Assembly (NCBI GenBank): GCA_051599415.1
Contig: AP039698.1
Coordinates: forward strand, 124,001-188,000
DNA: 64,000 bases
Direction of reading: 5' to 3'
Source of the DNA: Savitreella phatthalungensis
Taxonomy: Eukaryota
A program made the position numbers and the translations under genes. The notes below the pieces were generated by a model that did no database searches, was not told where the DNA came from, and was given only the letters and a program-made list of their open reading frames with translations. Positions within the stretch are counted from its first letter, which is position 1; every line of letters starts with the position of its first letter. Below, one piece after another: positions 53,901 to 62,647 of this stretch.

Positions 53901-54534
53901 GGGATGCTAGGGGCCGGACTGCAGAAGGTGTGTGTACGATGAGTGTCGGAGCAGAAGCGGGAGCAGGACTCTGAGCGGAAGCTGGAGCAGGACTTGGAGC
54001 TGCCGGAGGTGCTGGTGGATGTGGTGTTGCAATTTTTACAGGGCTGTCCTCTTTCTCCTCGTCTTCGTCGTCATCATCATAGTCATCATCATCATCGGCA
54101 GCCCGTGCCCGCGCGCCTGTGGCGGAAGCATTTGTCTTCGGGACCTGCAGTTCCGTGGCCTTTCGCGTCACGACATAAGGTGAGACGAGGCCAAGATCGA
54201 AGTCTCTAGCGCTTTTGAAGAGGTCTGACTCGATACTGTTTTCATACAGTAGACATCTCGTGCGAAAGAGAGTGGAGAGGTCATCCTGTGCATCGTCGGC
54301 GCCTGGTTTGAGTGTGCCGTTGGAGCCAGTAGCGCTAGAGCGCGGATGCCCTGCTTCTATCCGGTCTATATCGTTCCAGAAGTCATCGCGTGCGACTGCC
54401 TTTGAGACGAGGGCGCGTTCCTCTACGCTTAGACATGCCTGCGCTTTGTCGCTTGCGGCGATGTCGCGTGCGATCGCTTGCAAGAAATCTGGATCCGCAT
54501 TGATCCAGCGAGCGCGCGCCGGCCCGCTGCTCAT
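50926..54534 (-). CDS. SPT7: SAGA complex subunit Spt7 (bromodomain and histone fold)
   Basis: SKWANEDKIGQEELYEA, bromodomain STAFLNKV..PDYYNIIKHPMDL..IWQNCLTYN, and GDDFFGFKELGLDKEFGL.SLSVPL.LL. Confidence 0.95.
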   Translation of the reverse strand: MSSGPARARWINADPDFLQAIARDIAASDKAQACLSVEERALVSKAVARDDFWNDIDRIEAGHPRSSATGSNGTLKPGADDAQDDLSTLFRTRCLLYENSIESDLFKSARDFDLGLVSPYVVTRKATELQVPKTNASATGARARAADDDDDYDDDDEDEEKEDSPVKIATPHPPAPPAAPSPAPASAQSPAPASAPTLIVHTPSAVRPLASRFIDRPGSAMSQRPGSATPSMRNGHAGPSEDDAAAIENRRIEDSVLAYELNTRYHTLDYDRHAMLEQHKLEAADRQVDLESGEDGLLGGLAGGNPRFSNMNFGAANLSLKHLLAKIEASREKLAMTDNELRSLLSEVRKNRSKWANEDKIGQEELYEAAERVVLELRGYTEHSTAFLNKVTKRDVPDYYNIIKHPMDLGTLMKKLKNLEFKSKKEFADDVMLIWQNCLTYNAAPEHPLRKHALAMQRKSHQLLSMVPDVVVRDRAEVEAEEFGVDAEEANAGAESDDDKPLVAKSTRGTVGSKSSKAKKSKGSSQPPMQPVMQPPSANGHTNGDVKQEDIDQDISMMDDGHEATKTLPSSSAADDAHPPGEHNQHHNNAQNEQDDETFDETDYGFQVWRQKTKTSRANYTSERYKLFKGDTLKEDHTALTQTPQSLVDIPDALALESFSRLKETSPEDDYHSSASKNSQSDLNVKLLIREYEPSCIPPEQGRGDETAVGPVRFTPVEDVTAFEPAENGLNNKMQLASIEMKNIRHICTRLETLRLMQEPSMSAFPANYFRQRIEAELQLKYAPVQVFQEGFDCQPCGEELARALLRKSTSQLLYHAGFEDFASPALAAMTEMVGDYIRNLGKLMKVYSEAPRGTYTPEEILEHTLLESGAPDIASLEAYAKDEVVTKYDKVVGLHGRFRQYLNDFINGTVDGQGLDPNQMFDENNQDAFVSGAFGDEIGDDFFGFKELGLDKEFGLSSLSVPLRLLQGRFRPQSGVGTTGDPTTPVGNHFERRFPPITREYASKQIGLFRPFLEAKFAALEAAQEGVLPSSQAPPATLTPAATPGPVAMSISASQAASIDGTVEASVDGGAPTPAATADADDLQPPTGVGQPSENDGEDGTTAESQPDVPIATVLALVEDEDLPPRQRKPKPRLPPNGKITAAQKRPLRDPHAVSTPGSTTAATASPSKKRKKTASNATSALQATQDPELSPAATFVSSLA

Positions 54535-55599
54535 CCTTGATAGGCGGTTGACTGTCTATAGAGGTCGTGTGGAAGATTCACTGCATGTTTGTCGAGAGGA
54601 CATGCATGGCGTGGGAGGTCAGGAATGTCGGGTGATGCAGATCGGCGCGTCGCTCTTATGCTGTAGACTGTTTAGAATTTTCCGGAGAGTCGGAGATAGT
54701 AGAACAAATACTTCGCTACGGGAGCGAGCTGCAACAGATACCTGCTAGGGGTGGTTCCAGGTGTCAAGTGAGTGTCGAGAGTATGACGACCTTGTATGGA
54801 CGTCGTCGTGCTGCTTGTCTTGTTATGGACAGGCACGTGATCAGATGTCAAGCCACGGTCGAGCCACAATGTTTGACTTTCTGGGGGAATGCATGATTTT
54901 GACAACGCGAGTAAAGGCTCTCGGGAAATCAGGTGGGGGATAGCACGAGAATGGATTGAAATGCACATGAGAGGTAGAAGGAGAGTGTGAGATGAGCCGG
55001 ATGAAGTGGAGAAGTCTGTACTCATACGAATCCATCATTTGAGACTCCGACACTTGGGTCCGTGATAGTGCGTTGCTAATATCGGATCTGCATACATACA
55101 AGTATGTATGTCTGTAGGTGAGAGAGCGAGGCGAAGGAGACTTATGTTGGAACGTCTTGTACTTCGCGCCGGGGGAATATGTACATGTGACTTGAGATCC
55201 AAATGACTATATGACTATAGGCTGCTATCGGCGGGGCATTGCCGGAGTGATGGACTGTGATCATGGTCATGGACACGATAGAGAAAGAAGTTTCTACGTT
55301 CTGACAGTGTATCACCTTCCGACTTGACTGCGAATGAACTATTTCCTCCATCTCTTCAGTATACTCCGTAGGTAAATCCATGTTTGCTGGCTCATTCTAT
55401 CTGTCGAAATCTTCCAGTCTGACTCTGTTCATTGGGGTAGAGATCTTCACAAATCTTGGGTTTTCTCCGGGGTGAACGAGTGATGAGATGACTAGTCTGC
55501 ATGCCATATGGATTTTGACTGTTGATTGGCTGAGCCGACTTGGAAGGTAAATCTATGAATCGGTGGTCATGATAGTTGTGGTGATGGTGTTGGAGGTGG

Positions 55600-55677
55600 T
55601 GCTGCTGCTACTGCTGCTGCTAGTGCTACTACTACTGCTAGTACTGCTGCCGCTGCTGCCGTTGTGGCTGCTGCTGT
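55600..55677. repeat. Imperfect (CTG/CTA)n trinucleotide tract
   Basis: Run of CTG/CTA/CCG triplets in the SPT7-pqr1 intergenic region. Confidence 0.8.
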
Positions 55678-56753
55678 TTCGCTGCTTCTACTGTTCACAA
55701 CTTTATTCTCTCTTGACTATTCTCTGTTGTTCAATTTCACTTCTGTGTACTGTGTGATATCTGTGTGGAGCTGTATTTGTTCAAAGGTGACTGACTGTAA
55801 TTTCCACTCCACCTCTAACTAACTGAACTATTCTCGCCGGGGTTTTTCTTCTCATCTCAAGAATCGAGATTTGAACCCGATTAGTTTATTGTGTGATCTC
55901 TGAAGAATGGGATTAAACCCAGGCCAGTGCAGTTCCATCAGTTTCAAATTCAAATTGACGCCTCGTCGAAAGACTTTTGAAGATGTTGTCGGTAGATTCT
56001 GTTCTGGTCAATCCATCTGGTTTCTTTCATCTCATTTGAATCTGTGCTGTTCTGTTCTCTTCTCTTCTCTTCTCTGAGTCTGACAAAGGTCGTCGTCAAC
56101 CTTGACCCAACGGCAAATCTTTCCAAAGCCATGTTGATACCTATGTACGTATACTGTACTTAGTACTACCCCCAGGTACCCGTGCCATATACTCACCCAC
56201 TCACCATTCATCTTTAGGAGAGTCAGAACAACCCATCGGGCAAACTAATTGACTTGATCGTATTGATCGCGCCAGCAGCAGCACCATCATCCACTCCTCC
56301 ATCTTCCAACAACAGTCTTCCTAGCACTCAAGTCCGCAAAGACACGATCATCAATTCATCCTCTAAATCACCAAACTTCTTGAGTCAGCGCACAGACCCC
56401 TAGAGCTCTCTTCTCTCCTTGTCAAGTCAGCAATCTGTCACTTTGAGTCGGACGGCTAGTAGACAAGCAAGTATCACCCGTCGCTTCCTTGATCTGCGCA
56501 GACTGCCAGGCAGAAGTGATATTCTTGGCGCAGAAGCTTCTTCTTGACAGTATTCAATAGGCGGTATAATTCAGATCCAGCACTCCACTGTACCACTGAG
56601 CATATAAGCCAACATTCTGTCTGGACGCTCAAGTATAGTCTCTCTCTATCTCTTCCACACACATCTCCCTGCAGCATGTCCAGGCATTCTCACTCACACA
56701 CGACCCGGTGACGAGACGAGCTGAATCCGATCACCTTCTCCTAATTCTTCAGC

Positions 56754-58409
56754 ATGAAATTTGGCAAGACGTTCGAGCTCGCGCTCCAGGATCAGGACAT
56801 CCCGGACGCCTGGAAAGCAGCTGCGATCAAGTACAAGACCCTGAAGAAATGCATCAACAAAGTCGTCGACGAGCTAGACTCCCTCGGCCTTTCTCCTTCC
56901 GCAGTAAAAGATCTGCTCGATCACAGCGCCACGCAATCTGGCACGGACATGGCGTCGATCAGCTACGTGTTTGATGGGACGATGCGTCGTGTCCAGCCAA
57001 AGATCCGATTCCGCGTCGGTGCACATGGTACGCAGTTCGACGAGCTCTCAAGCTCCACCCGGCAGGCACTCAAGGAACTTCTCGACCGCGCGTCAGCCGC
57101 ACGTGAAGCACACGAAGACGCCACGTCTGTGAGCTCTATGGAAGATATCCCGAGTGAGCCTGGCTCGCCACGTGGACGCAGGTCGAACGGCTCAATTGGC
57201 AGCAGCAGCGATACAAACAAGGGTCGTCATGCTGCCAGGCGGCGGCGCTACAATCCCGTGACTGAGGATGTGGCGAGTGAGAGCGATGTCCAGCGGGCGC
57301 TCGAATCGCTGCAAGTAAGTGGCAGTGGGACGGCAATCACAGAAGGCGATCGCCATGTCCAAGCAAAGGACAACACGCGCAGACCCTCCTTCACACAGAG
57401 ACAGCTTCAGATCAAATTCAAGCCCGAGCTCGATCGGGACGATGACACCACCCAAACAGTCCAGATTAAGCTCGGTTCAGACCTGGAGTTCTTCGAGATG
57501 TTATCGACGGAAGTCGGCGAGCTGGAAGATCTGCAAGCTCGAGAGAAGGATACACTGCTGAGCGGGATCGATGCACTCGGTGAACAAGTGTCGCGTGTCG
57601 TCCGCCCACGAGACAAGTCCCGTGACGCCGTAGAGGAGCTTTACGGATGGCGGGAGGTGCTTGGTCTGTGGGAGGAGGCTGGTATCTTCAAGCCTCAGGG
57701 TGAGTTGGCCCGTCGGACATACACGCCTGAGAAGGCTGCCGCGCAATTGCAGTGGTTCGTGGATGAGGTCCACCGCCGCAACCTCCTCTCTGGCCCGAAA
57801 CAACGCGCCTCCCGAACAATCCTCGCACGCTTCAACGCCATCAACTTTGCCGTCCTCCGCGCCGTCAAATTCCAATCGATCAACAACGACGCACTCGGCA
57901 AGATTCTTAAGAAATTCGACAAGCGCACAGGCATCCGCGTCCGTCAGAGCTTCCCGCAATTCGTCGAGCAACATGACCGCCCTCCGCCCACCGCGCTCAC
58001 CCCTCCTGACACATTCGCGTCGCTTCGCGGGTCCCGTGGGTTTGCGACGGCGATGTACGCTGCGGTCGCTCGTAACCTTCTGAGTGTGGTTCCGCAGCTT
58101 GTGGACTACGAATGTCCTATCTGCACGTCGATCACGGTGAAGCCTGTGAGGTTATCTTGCGGCCACGTGTTCTGCGTCCGCTGCCTCGTCCGCCTCCAGG
58201 CCTCTCGAGAACGACACTGCCCTATCTGCAGGGCAGACAACGTCCACCTGGCAGACTCGACCAACATCGACTACGCCCTCCTCAACTTCCTCAAACTATA
58301 CTTCCCCAGAGAGGCAAAGGACAAGCAGAAGCAGAACGAGCATGAGCAACTACAAGACCACATCCACGCCGCAGGTCTAGACGCTGACACGAAGTGTGTC
58401 ATCATGTAG
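56754..58409 (+). CDS. pqr1: SPX-RING E3 ubiquitin ligase (S. pombe Pqr1/Spx1-like, phosphate homeostasis)
   Basis: SPX motifs MKFGK..W..IKYKTLKKCI and N..KILKKFDKRT. C3HC4 RING CPIC..CGHVFCVRC..CPICR. YFPREAKDKQ. Confidence 0.88.
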   Translation: MKFGKTFELALQDQDIPDAWKAAAIKYKTLKKCINKVVDELDSLGLSPSAVKDLLDHSATQSGTDMASISYVFDGTMRRVQPKIRFRVGAHGTQFDELSSSTRQALKELLDRASAAREAHEDATSVSSMEDIPSEPGSPRGRRSNGSIGSSSDTNKGRHAARRRRYNPVTEDVASESDVQRALESLQVSGSGTAITEGDRHVQAKDNTRRPSFTQRQLQIKFKPELDRDDDTTQTVQIKLGSDLEFFEMLSTEVGELEDLQAREKDTLLSGIDALGEQVSRVVRPRDKSRDAVEELYGWREVLGLWEEAGIFKPQGELARRTYTPEKAAAQLQWFVDEVHRRNLLSGPKQRASRTILARFNAINFAVLRAVKFQSINNDALGKILKKFDKRTGIRVRQSFPQFVEQHDRPPPTALTPPDTFASLRGSRGFATAMYAAVARNLLSVVPQLVDYECPICTSITVKPVRLSCGHVFCVRCLVRLQASRERHCPICRADNVHLADSTNIDYALLNFLKLYFPREAKDKQKQNEHEQLQDHIHAAGLDADTKCVIM

Positions 58410-58459
58410 AAAAATTATAAACATGTACTTTAACCTCTTTTAACTCTTTCCCCAAAACT

Positions 58460-59806
58460 TCACCGACGCAACTCAAATCGGTCGTACTCGCGGTACCCAG
58501 GATCACGAGCTTCAGGCTCGAGTCTGACGGATGACTTTCTTGACGGTTTCTTGCCAGCTGAAGTGGAAAGACGGCGTGCGTTGGTATCTGTGTCGAGGGC
58601 GATAGCTTGGACGACTTGCTGTGTGGTGTCATTGGCATCGGTGTGTTGTTGTTGTTGTTGTGTGGTCTTGAGGTCTGCTAGGGAGTTTGCTAGGGAGTCA
58701 GGATCGATATCTGATGCTGCTTCGGCATCGAGGTGCTCGGTACGGCCGTCAGGGTAGCGGATATCGACTGAACCATCCTCGTTGCCAAAGTACGCGACAT
58801 CTGCCATGTCGACAAACAGGCCGCAGTCGACAACACCGCACAGCAGCTTGATGCTCGTCAGGAGCTCCTTCGGATCACGGCCTGGCGGGAACGGCGCATC
58901 GATCACAAAGTTGCCATTGTCGGTGAGGACGGGGCCGGCTTTGGCCTTGCCGCCCATGCGGAGTTGGGGTGACTGTGCGCCGAGAGCGACCAGGTCCCTG
59001 ATTACTTTGGCGTGAGCCAGTGGGACGACCTCGATTGGGAGTCCCTGCGTCCACTTCTCCCCGAGCAGCTTGGAGTTCTTCCGGTAGTCAGCCACAATCA
59101 CAAACCTGCGAGCACACGAGGCCACCAGCTTCTCCTGGAACAGGCACGCACCACCGCCCTTGATACACTGCAGCTCACCATCCACCTCGTCCGCGCCGTC
59201 AAACGCCACATCGATCTGCGGGTGCCCGTCAACTTCGCCTAGGCGCAGACCGCCTCCGTTGATCAGCTCCTTGCTCTGGAAACCCGTGGGGACAAAGACG
59301 ACGTTGTCGGTGTCGTCACGCTCGAGGATTCGCTCGACAGCGTAGATGATTGTCGATCCTGACCCAATTCCGATCACCTTTGCGTCCTCCGGGAAGTGGT
59401 CGTCGATCGCTCGACGAGCGGCAAGACGCTTTGATGCCTCCACGGGCGTCAACGTCTCCGGGTCAGGGAATGTCAAGGTCGCTTTATCTGCAGTCCGGCG
59501 CTTGCGTTCGCTCGCGTTCTTGTAGGCGTTCATGTTTGATGGATTGCGGGTGATCATGGCTCGTCTGGGGGTCGTGGTGTTGGCTGCTGCAGCTGCAGAT
59601 GTGGTCGGTGGCAGCTGGACGTCATTCAGAGCGAGGTGGTCCATTTTTGGAGGTCTCGTCAGACTGCGAAGTGATCCGAGAGTAGCAATGTTGCGCTCGG
59701 AATTAGCGTTGCGGGCGGGCATGCCTACGTGAGACACATAGCCTTCTGGATGAAGTTCTCCAGCCTCGATTGGCGTGCGAGGAGTGCTCTTTGGACTGTC
59801 TGCCAT
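58460..59806 (-). CDS. RKI1: Ribose-5-phosphate isomerase A with N- and C-terminal extensions
   Basis: [31 protein letters not shown] and [12 protein letters not shown]. First ATG at 59806. Confidence 0.95.
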   Translation of the reverse strand: MADSPKSTPRTPIEAGELHPEGYVSHVGMPARNANSERNIATLGSLRSLTRPPKMDHLALNDVQLPPTTSAAAAANTTTPRRAMITRNPSNMNAYKNASERKRRTADKATLTFPDPETLTPVEASKRLAARRAIDDHFPEDAKVIGIGSGSTIIYAVERILERDDTDNVVFVPTGFQSKELINGGGLRLGEVDGHPQIDVAFDGADEVDGELQCIKGGGACLFQEKLVASCARRFVIVADYRKNSKLLGEKWTQGLPIEVVPLAHAKVIRDLVALGAQSPQLRMGGKAKAGPVLTDNGNFVIDAPFPPGRDPKELLTSIKLLCGVVDCGLFVDMADVAYFGNEDGSVDIRYPDGRTEHLDAEAASDIDPDSLANSLADLKTTQQQQQHTDANDTTQQVVQAIALDTDTNARRLSTSAGKKPSRKSSVRLEPEARDPGYREYDRFELRR

Positions 59807-60246
59807 GATTGTGTGGGTGTGGAATAAGCGAAAGTTTGTGAGTGCTCGAGTGTCGATGAGCTCTTTGCAGGTTATAGCAGGAGCTCGGAGCCTCGAGAAT
59901 CTGGACAATGTGATTGACAGCAGGATGAAATTATATCTTGACCAGTGACTCCGGCCCTTACTTGGTCTTTGACGATTCTTTTGAGTCTTACAGGTATGAT
60001 GATGTTGTCGTCGGAGTGGGAATGTCGAGCGTCATAGTTGGTTGTGCCAGGGCGATTGACAAAATAGATTTTCCTGGTTTGTGCATGTGGTGCACGTGAA
60101 TCCATGCCGCCAAATCCACCCACCAGACACGTCTTCTCTCCCCGTAATTCACCCACAAGATATACAGGACGTGATTGATACCACAGGCGCGTCTCCTGCA
60201 CACAGTCAGGCTATCATTGAGTCATCAGCAGTGCGGTGAATGAGCG

Positions 60247-61074
60247 ATGGAGATTCATTCGCTGTGTGCTTATGAGCTGGAGCGACAGCGTAATATCGAG
60301 CGTCAGCAAGAACTGCTGGCACAGCTAGGGCTGAGTGATGTGACGCTTGGTGGGCTGTCTCGATTGAATGCTGGCCGTGGAGGTGGAACGAGCAGTCCTG
60401 TTCGGCGGCTGGCTGGAAGCAGCGGGAGTGAGTTGATCGGTGGAGAGAAGCGGCCGCTGACGGCGCCAGTTCGGATGACTCGATCGCAGTCGTCAGATAC
60501 CCTAAACCTCAAACGACAACCTCGCACATCTGCTCGCCCACCCTCTTCCATAATCTCCGTCGCAACAACGACCACCACTTCCAGGACAACAATGTCAGCG
60601 AGCACCTCCGCTAGACACGCTCGCACCAAGTCAGAGCAGGTGGCTAAACGGCCTGCCGCAACGCTATCGTCTGAGGAGTTTGAGGTCGGTGGGTTTGTGG
60701 GAAGTGTTGTGCATGAGGGTGAGATCTTGGTGCGGACGCGCTGGGCTGGGTATGATTCGCTGGAGGATACTTATCAGCCGCTCGACACGGTTGTCGGATT
60801 GCCAGCGTTTGGGAAGTTCCTGAAGGAGTTTGGGAATCGCGTGGTGCTGGATGTGAGTGGGAGAGGAGTGTCGCTTAGGCAGGCTGTGGCTTGGCATGCC
60901 ATGGGATCGCTCAGGCGCAAATTTGCACAGGTCGCCCGGGAGAAGGCTACCCTACACTTAGCCCTACACTCCGAGAAGCAGGCAGATAAACTCCTTGAGG
61001 ATATGGAGTTTGCACTTCTTCAAACACATGAGCAATCACAACCGCGGTCACGGAAGCGACGACGTCAGAAATGA
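60247..61074 (+). CDS. Hypothetical chromodomain-like protein, 275 aa
   Basis: EEFEVGGF..ILVRTRWAGYDSLEDTYQPLDTV resembles a chromodomain. N-terminal helix AYELERQRNIERQQELLAQLGL and a C-terminal NLS-like RSRKRRRQK. Confidence 0.7.
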   Translation: MEIHSLCAYELERQRNIERQQELLAQLGLSDVTLGGLSRLNAGRGGGTSSPVRRLAGSSGSELIGGEKRPLTAPVRMTRSQSSDTLNLKRQPRTSARPPSSIISVATTTTTSRTTMSASTSARHARTKSEQVAKRPAATLSSEEFEVGGFVGSVVHEGEILVRTRWAGYDSLEDTYQPLDTVVGLPAFGKFLKEFGNRVVLDVSGRGVSLRQAVAWHAMGSLRRKFAQVAREKATLHLALHSEKQADKLLEDMEFALLQTHEQSQPRSRKRRRQK

Positions 61075-61187
61075 TAAGCCGTCCAAAGGAGAAACACACA
61101 CCTACTTATACTGACGACCACCATTCGACACGCACACTATATTGATGAATGAGCGATTCCTTTTTCGATCTACCGAAGTGAACTGGT

Positions 61188-62647
61188 TTATCTGCCACCG
61201 AGAGAGAATTTGCCACGTCGACCCTTGTTATCGTCTTGTGTGGGTGCTGGTGTGAGCTGTCCTGAAAGGATTCGTTGGCGCTTGTCTTCGGCCTCGAGAC
61301 GCTGATTGTTGAGATCTTCCTTCATCTGCCTGTGTTTTGAGTAGAGTTCTTCCTCTGATTGCTTCAGCTTTGCCTCCTTCTCCTGAACTTTCTGCTGGAA
61401 CACAGTTCGCATCTCGCTCTCCATCTTGGCCAGACGTGCCTCGTGCAGCGCTCGCTCTTCCTCGAGCTTCGCCTGCGGGGAGACTTCCTTGAAGACCGAA
61501 GGATCCTGCGTTATGCCCATAGCAGTCAGCTTCTCCGTCCGGTAATTCTCGTATAGCGTGTTGCGCGTGTGGTCCTTGAGCTCCTCCATGTGCGTGCGAA
61601 TCAGCATTTGTCGGAGCTTTGCGGTGTCGCAGTGAGACTCGTTGTCGACCTCAATGACACCCCAAGGGTACTGTCGACCACGGACCCGTCTACCGTCACC
61701 AGCATTGACAATCGTGTTGCTGCCGACAATAGCGAAAGGGACACGTGAGAGCATGTCGCGACTCTCCGCCAGGGTCTCCTCATCGTCGAGTGCGTATCGT
61801 GGTGGGGTGAAGGTCTGGATGCGGTGGTATTCGAGGTCTGCCAGGACTCGTCGCTTGAACAGGTCTGTCTCTTCCGCTGTCATCAGGTCAGCCTTGGCAA
61901 TGACGGGAATCAAGTTGACGCGTTGATGGAGACGGCGCATGAACTCGATCTCGATAGGCTTGAGAGCGTGGCCAGTCGGATCTATGAAGAAGAGACAGGC
62001 ATGAACACGCTCGTCACGGACTTCCTTCCGGTCGATCGCATTCTCCTGGTCGAGGTAGGAGTCGTACCCCTGCTCAATACGTTGCAAAATCGGTCGCCAA
62101 CATTCCTCATTGTTAATGAAGTCTCCGAAGCCAGGCGTGTCGACGATGGAGAGCTGAAGAGAGACGCCATCCTCCTGGACCAGTGCTGTGGTGGTTGTCG
62201 TGCTGACGGTCTTGTCATTGCGCTGCTCTCCACCGAGCTGGTAATTTTTCGGTCCATATGTGTCACTGTTGAGGAGCGTGTTGACCATGGTAGACTTGCC
62301 GAGTCCTGACTCGCCGACGAGCATGACGGTGAATTCGAAGCCCTTCCGGACAGACTTGCGGTGCCATTGTGCTGGCAGGTTGGCAAAGCCCACGAAGCCT
62401 GTGAGTTTACGCTTCACAACTGTCGCGACTGGCGGTGCTGACGCGGTAGCCGGCTGAGCAGCTGCGGGTTTGGATGTCGTTGGTGCAGACATCGAAGGTG
62501 TCTGTGGCGTGGAGGGGACGGGAGGTGGGGAGGCGGGTGTGAAGACTGGTTCTTCTGACTTGTTCGAGTTAGTGAGCTGTTCGACTTGTACAGACTCAAT
62601 GAGACGAGGAAGAAGGGGAGGATGTCACTTACTTGGTCTGTATCCAT
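61188..62647 (-). CDS. CDC3: Septin Cdc3/Spn1/AspB; probable join(62633..62647,61188..62558), with an alternative start at 62492
   Basis: RKLTGFVGFANLP.QWHRKSVRKGF, GESGLGKST, DTPGFGD, AKAD, GRQYPWG and a C-terminal coiled coil. A 15-nt upstream exon (MDTDQ) with a GTAAGT donor, CTAAC branch and AAG acceptor joins in frame. Confidence 0.93.

Noticed and set aside
55563..55757. Poly-Leu 'membrane protein' ORF (also 13796-14257)
   Set aside because: Produced by CTG/CTA or CAG trinucleotide tracts, with no other coding evidence.
34959..59806. LPD1-PRS1-CAB2-RKI1 as a metabolic gene cluster
   Set aside because: These are housekeeping genes interspersed with unrelated ones. There is no evidence beyond proximity without a synteny analysis.
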